From the NCBI GenBank assembly GCA_951406725.2, contig OX597814.1, positions 182,714,001 to 182,778,000 on the forward strand: DNA of 64,000 nt, given 5' to 3'. Each line of letters starts with the position of its first letter. Within the stretch, counting starts at the first letter, position 1. A program made the translations under genes and the position numbers. Positions 61,677 through 64,000 of this stretch are shown piece after piece. The notes under the pieces are model-generated. The model did no database searches. It had not been told where the DNA came from and saw nothing but the letters and a program-made list of their open reading frames with translations. The DNA comes from Octopus vulgaris (lineage: Eukaryota).

Positions 61677-63332
61677 GTCCGTATGTTTTCATTATCGTTC
61701 ATTACGTTCTTGTTCCGCGTGGCCATTTGCCAGCTCCGTCTGGCACCTGTGCAGGTGGCACATAAAAAGCACCCACTACACTCACGGAGTGGTTGGCATT
61801 AGGAAGGGCATCCAGCCGTAGAAACACGGCCAGATCTGTCTGGGCCTGATGCGGCCTTCCGGCTTCACAGACCCCAGTTGAACCGTCCAACCCATGCTAG
61901 CATGGAAAGCGGACGCTAAATGATGATGATGATGATGATATACATATAGTGGCGTATGTACACCTTTTGGTCAGCTTGTAAGTAAATATATATCTAAATT
62001 CTGTATTACATTTTTCTTTCTTTTCTCTTTTCCTCTTCCCGCTCCACCTCTCACATTTCTTAGCATTCTCTTTCTTTAATCTCTCTACTTTCCTCTGTTA
62101 TCTCCCTTGTACGTTCCCCCTTTCTCTCTTGAGTTCCTTCCCTAATTCTTCAATCCCTTTGCTCCCTACCTCTCTCTGTTACCCCCATGTAATTGGTGCT
62201 CAGCCAAGCATGATCTTTCTTTCTTGGCCTGACCGCCACTCGCACAACACATTCTTTTCTTGTCTCCTGACTTTCATCAATGTTTGTTGCCATAAGGCTT
62301 CCACTTCATAAGCAAGCTTAAATTAACTTGTCCTTTTAGTCGAAAGACACCTGTTGTTATTCTTGTTGTTTGTATTTGTAATCGTGTAACATTTTCTCCA
62401 TTTTCTCGTGTTTTTTTTTTGTCTGAATCGTCGCACATATTTGCTCACTTTCTTCCAAAAATTTAATGCCCTTAGCTTAGATTTTTGGGGCCTCCCAATT
62501 TTCAACAGTCTCAAGTGTAACAGGCTGAAACTGTAGTGATAATTGGAAGCTTGACTGATGAATAGAAAGCCACGAATGTTCTGTCCTGGTTTTCCTGTCT
62601 GTCTTTGTATTGTCCATCTGTCCGTATGTTTTCATTGTCATCCATTACATTCTTGTTCCATTTTTTGGATTATATTTATATGTATATGTAAATCTCTCTA
62701 ATTTTAATCTTGACATTGTCTTAATACCGTACATGTTCACAGAGGGAAATATATCCTGAGCCCATTTCATTTAAATCCATCTTGAATGCAGATATCTTTA
62801 TGGAACTGCATAAGAAATTCTGCCTTTTCTAGAATCAATTAGGATGTTAGATCAAAATATGTAGGGCATACCCCCACTTACTCCTCTCCCCTATGCATTT
62901 TCACTTATGTACATGTTTGTATATACCTTCTATTTTTAAATAAAATACTTTAAATCTTTCTAAAAAAAGGGCCAGTTACTAATTAAATGATGAAATTTGT
63001 CATTAAAATTTAGATAAAAACCAAGTATAACAAGTGACTTACTGGACTTTAGAAATATCACTGTCATGTTTGCCATCATTTGTCAAAATTTGTCATAAAT
63101 TTTTTGCTTCTTTTCATTTTGAGTTGATAGACCTAATTTTTTAAAGCTTACTTTCAAAATACTCAGTAACCTAACCAATTGCATCCCATTCATTATCATG
63201 GCTGTGTAGTTAAGAAGCTTGCTTTGCAACCAAATACTTCTGGGATCAGTCCCACACCATAGCATCTTGGGAAAGTGTCTTTTACTACAGCCCTGGGTTG
63301 ACCAGTATCTTGTGAGTGAATTTGGTAGATGG

Positions 63333-64000
63333 AATGGGCATGTTGGGCAGCAATCTGGTATCTTCACTGGAGTACATGGGGGCCATGGTATTGGTTCCCG
63401 AAAAGAAGGGGGAACTAGGCTACTGGAGTTCTGTGATGCATATAACCTTTTAATCTGCAACACTAACTTCAGGAAGCCAGGCAGCCACTTGATAACCTAT
63501 CAATCAGGTGACTCTGCTGGCCAGATTGATTTCGTCTTCACCAGACAGTGGGACGCAGGGTTGCTCTTAAATACAAAGACCCTACCGGGTGAAGAATGTA
63601 CCCACCAGCATAGACTAGTCATTAGTGATTTTAGATTCGAAGCCAGAAGGATCCCAAGAAGCAGACCAATCCAGAAAATAAGGATTTGGAAGCTAAAGAA
63701 CCCTTCACATGGTCAGAAATTTAGGGACATCCCCATTAAGAAATTTGAGAGGGAGGAGAAGCTACAGACCTCGGACATAGAGCGTAGCTGGAAATTCCTA
63801 CGGGACAGTTTACTGAGTGCCACAGACCAAGTCTGTGGATGGTGCAAAGTCCCTTCCAGACCTAGAGTAACGTAGTGGTGGAATAATACGGTAGACAAAG
63901 CCATTAGAGCAAAGAAACAGGCCTGGAAAACTTGGAAGAGTTGGGGTAGCAGGAAACTGTACCAGAAAGCCAGAGGGGAGTCTGGGCGAAAGGTATACAA
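63333..64000 (+). mobile_element. RTE-clade LINE fragment, AP-endonuclease region; runs off the window end
   Basis: NGHVG...HGGHGIGSR..GG.RLLEFC...L.ICNT.FRK...HLITYQSG....QIDF....ECTHQHRLVI; the 5' part of track ORF 63219..63875 is a SINE fragment. Confidence 0.88.

Noticed and set aside
61129-62950. Exact polyadenylation site of the CCHCR1-like gene
   Set aside because: Several ATTAAA/AATAAA hexamers (about 61281, 61480, 62939) lie in AT-rich DNA; one cannot be chosen without transcript data.
63219-63875. 218-aa ORF as a host gene
   Set aside because: Chimera of a SINE fragment and an RTE endonuclease remnant that ends in a premature stop.

Overview
AT-rich eukaryotic genomic DNA, most likely an octopus or other coleoid cephalopod, judged from its SINE, RTE and microsatellite content (inference). 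The window holds the 3' part of one spliced + strand gene that the ORF track almost entirely misses. Thirteen GT-AG exons between 2063 and 61128 join in phase into a 476-aa coiled-coil C-terminal portion matching CCHCR1/HCR, with motifs WREKLFSVMVQ, LNEARREHMKA and NLIMATLRQEGL; the 5' exons lie upstream of the window. The introns are packed with repeats. Retroelements include tRNA-derived SINEs (CORE-like and Nin-like), about 25 RTE-LINE 3' tails with variable-number ~67-bp modules, and CR1 and R4/Dong-like LINE fragments. DNA elements include mariner, pogo and piggyBac remnants and MITEs, plus non-autonomous Helitrons. Most ORFs in the track are microsatellite or repeat artefacts. The most interesting signals are: a tRNA-headed SINE-like element ending in a Penelope-type minimal hammerhead motif; further hammerhead-like and palindromic inserts; a 37-bp dimeric satellite grown from a MITE terminus; R4/Dong-like fragments apparently targeted to (ATAC)n; an old intronic inverted duplication; and a SINE flanked by a ~100-bp direct repeat. 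All assignments come from reading the sequence by eye; no database searches were run.
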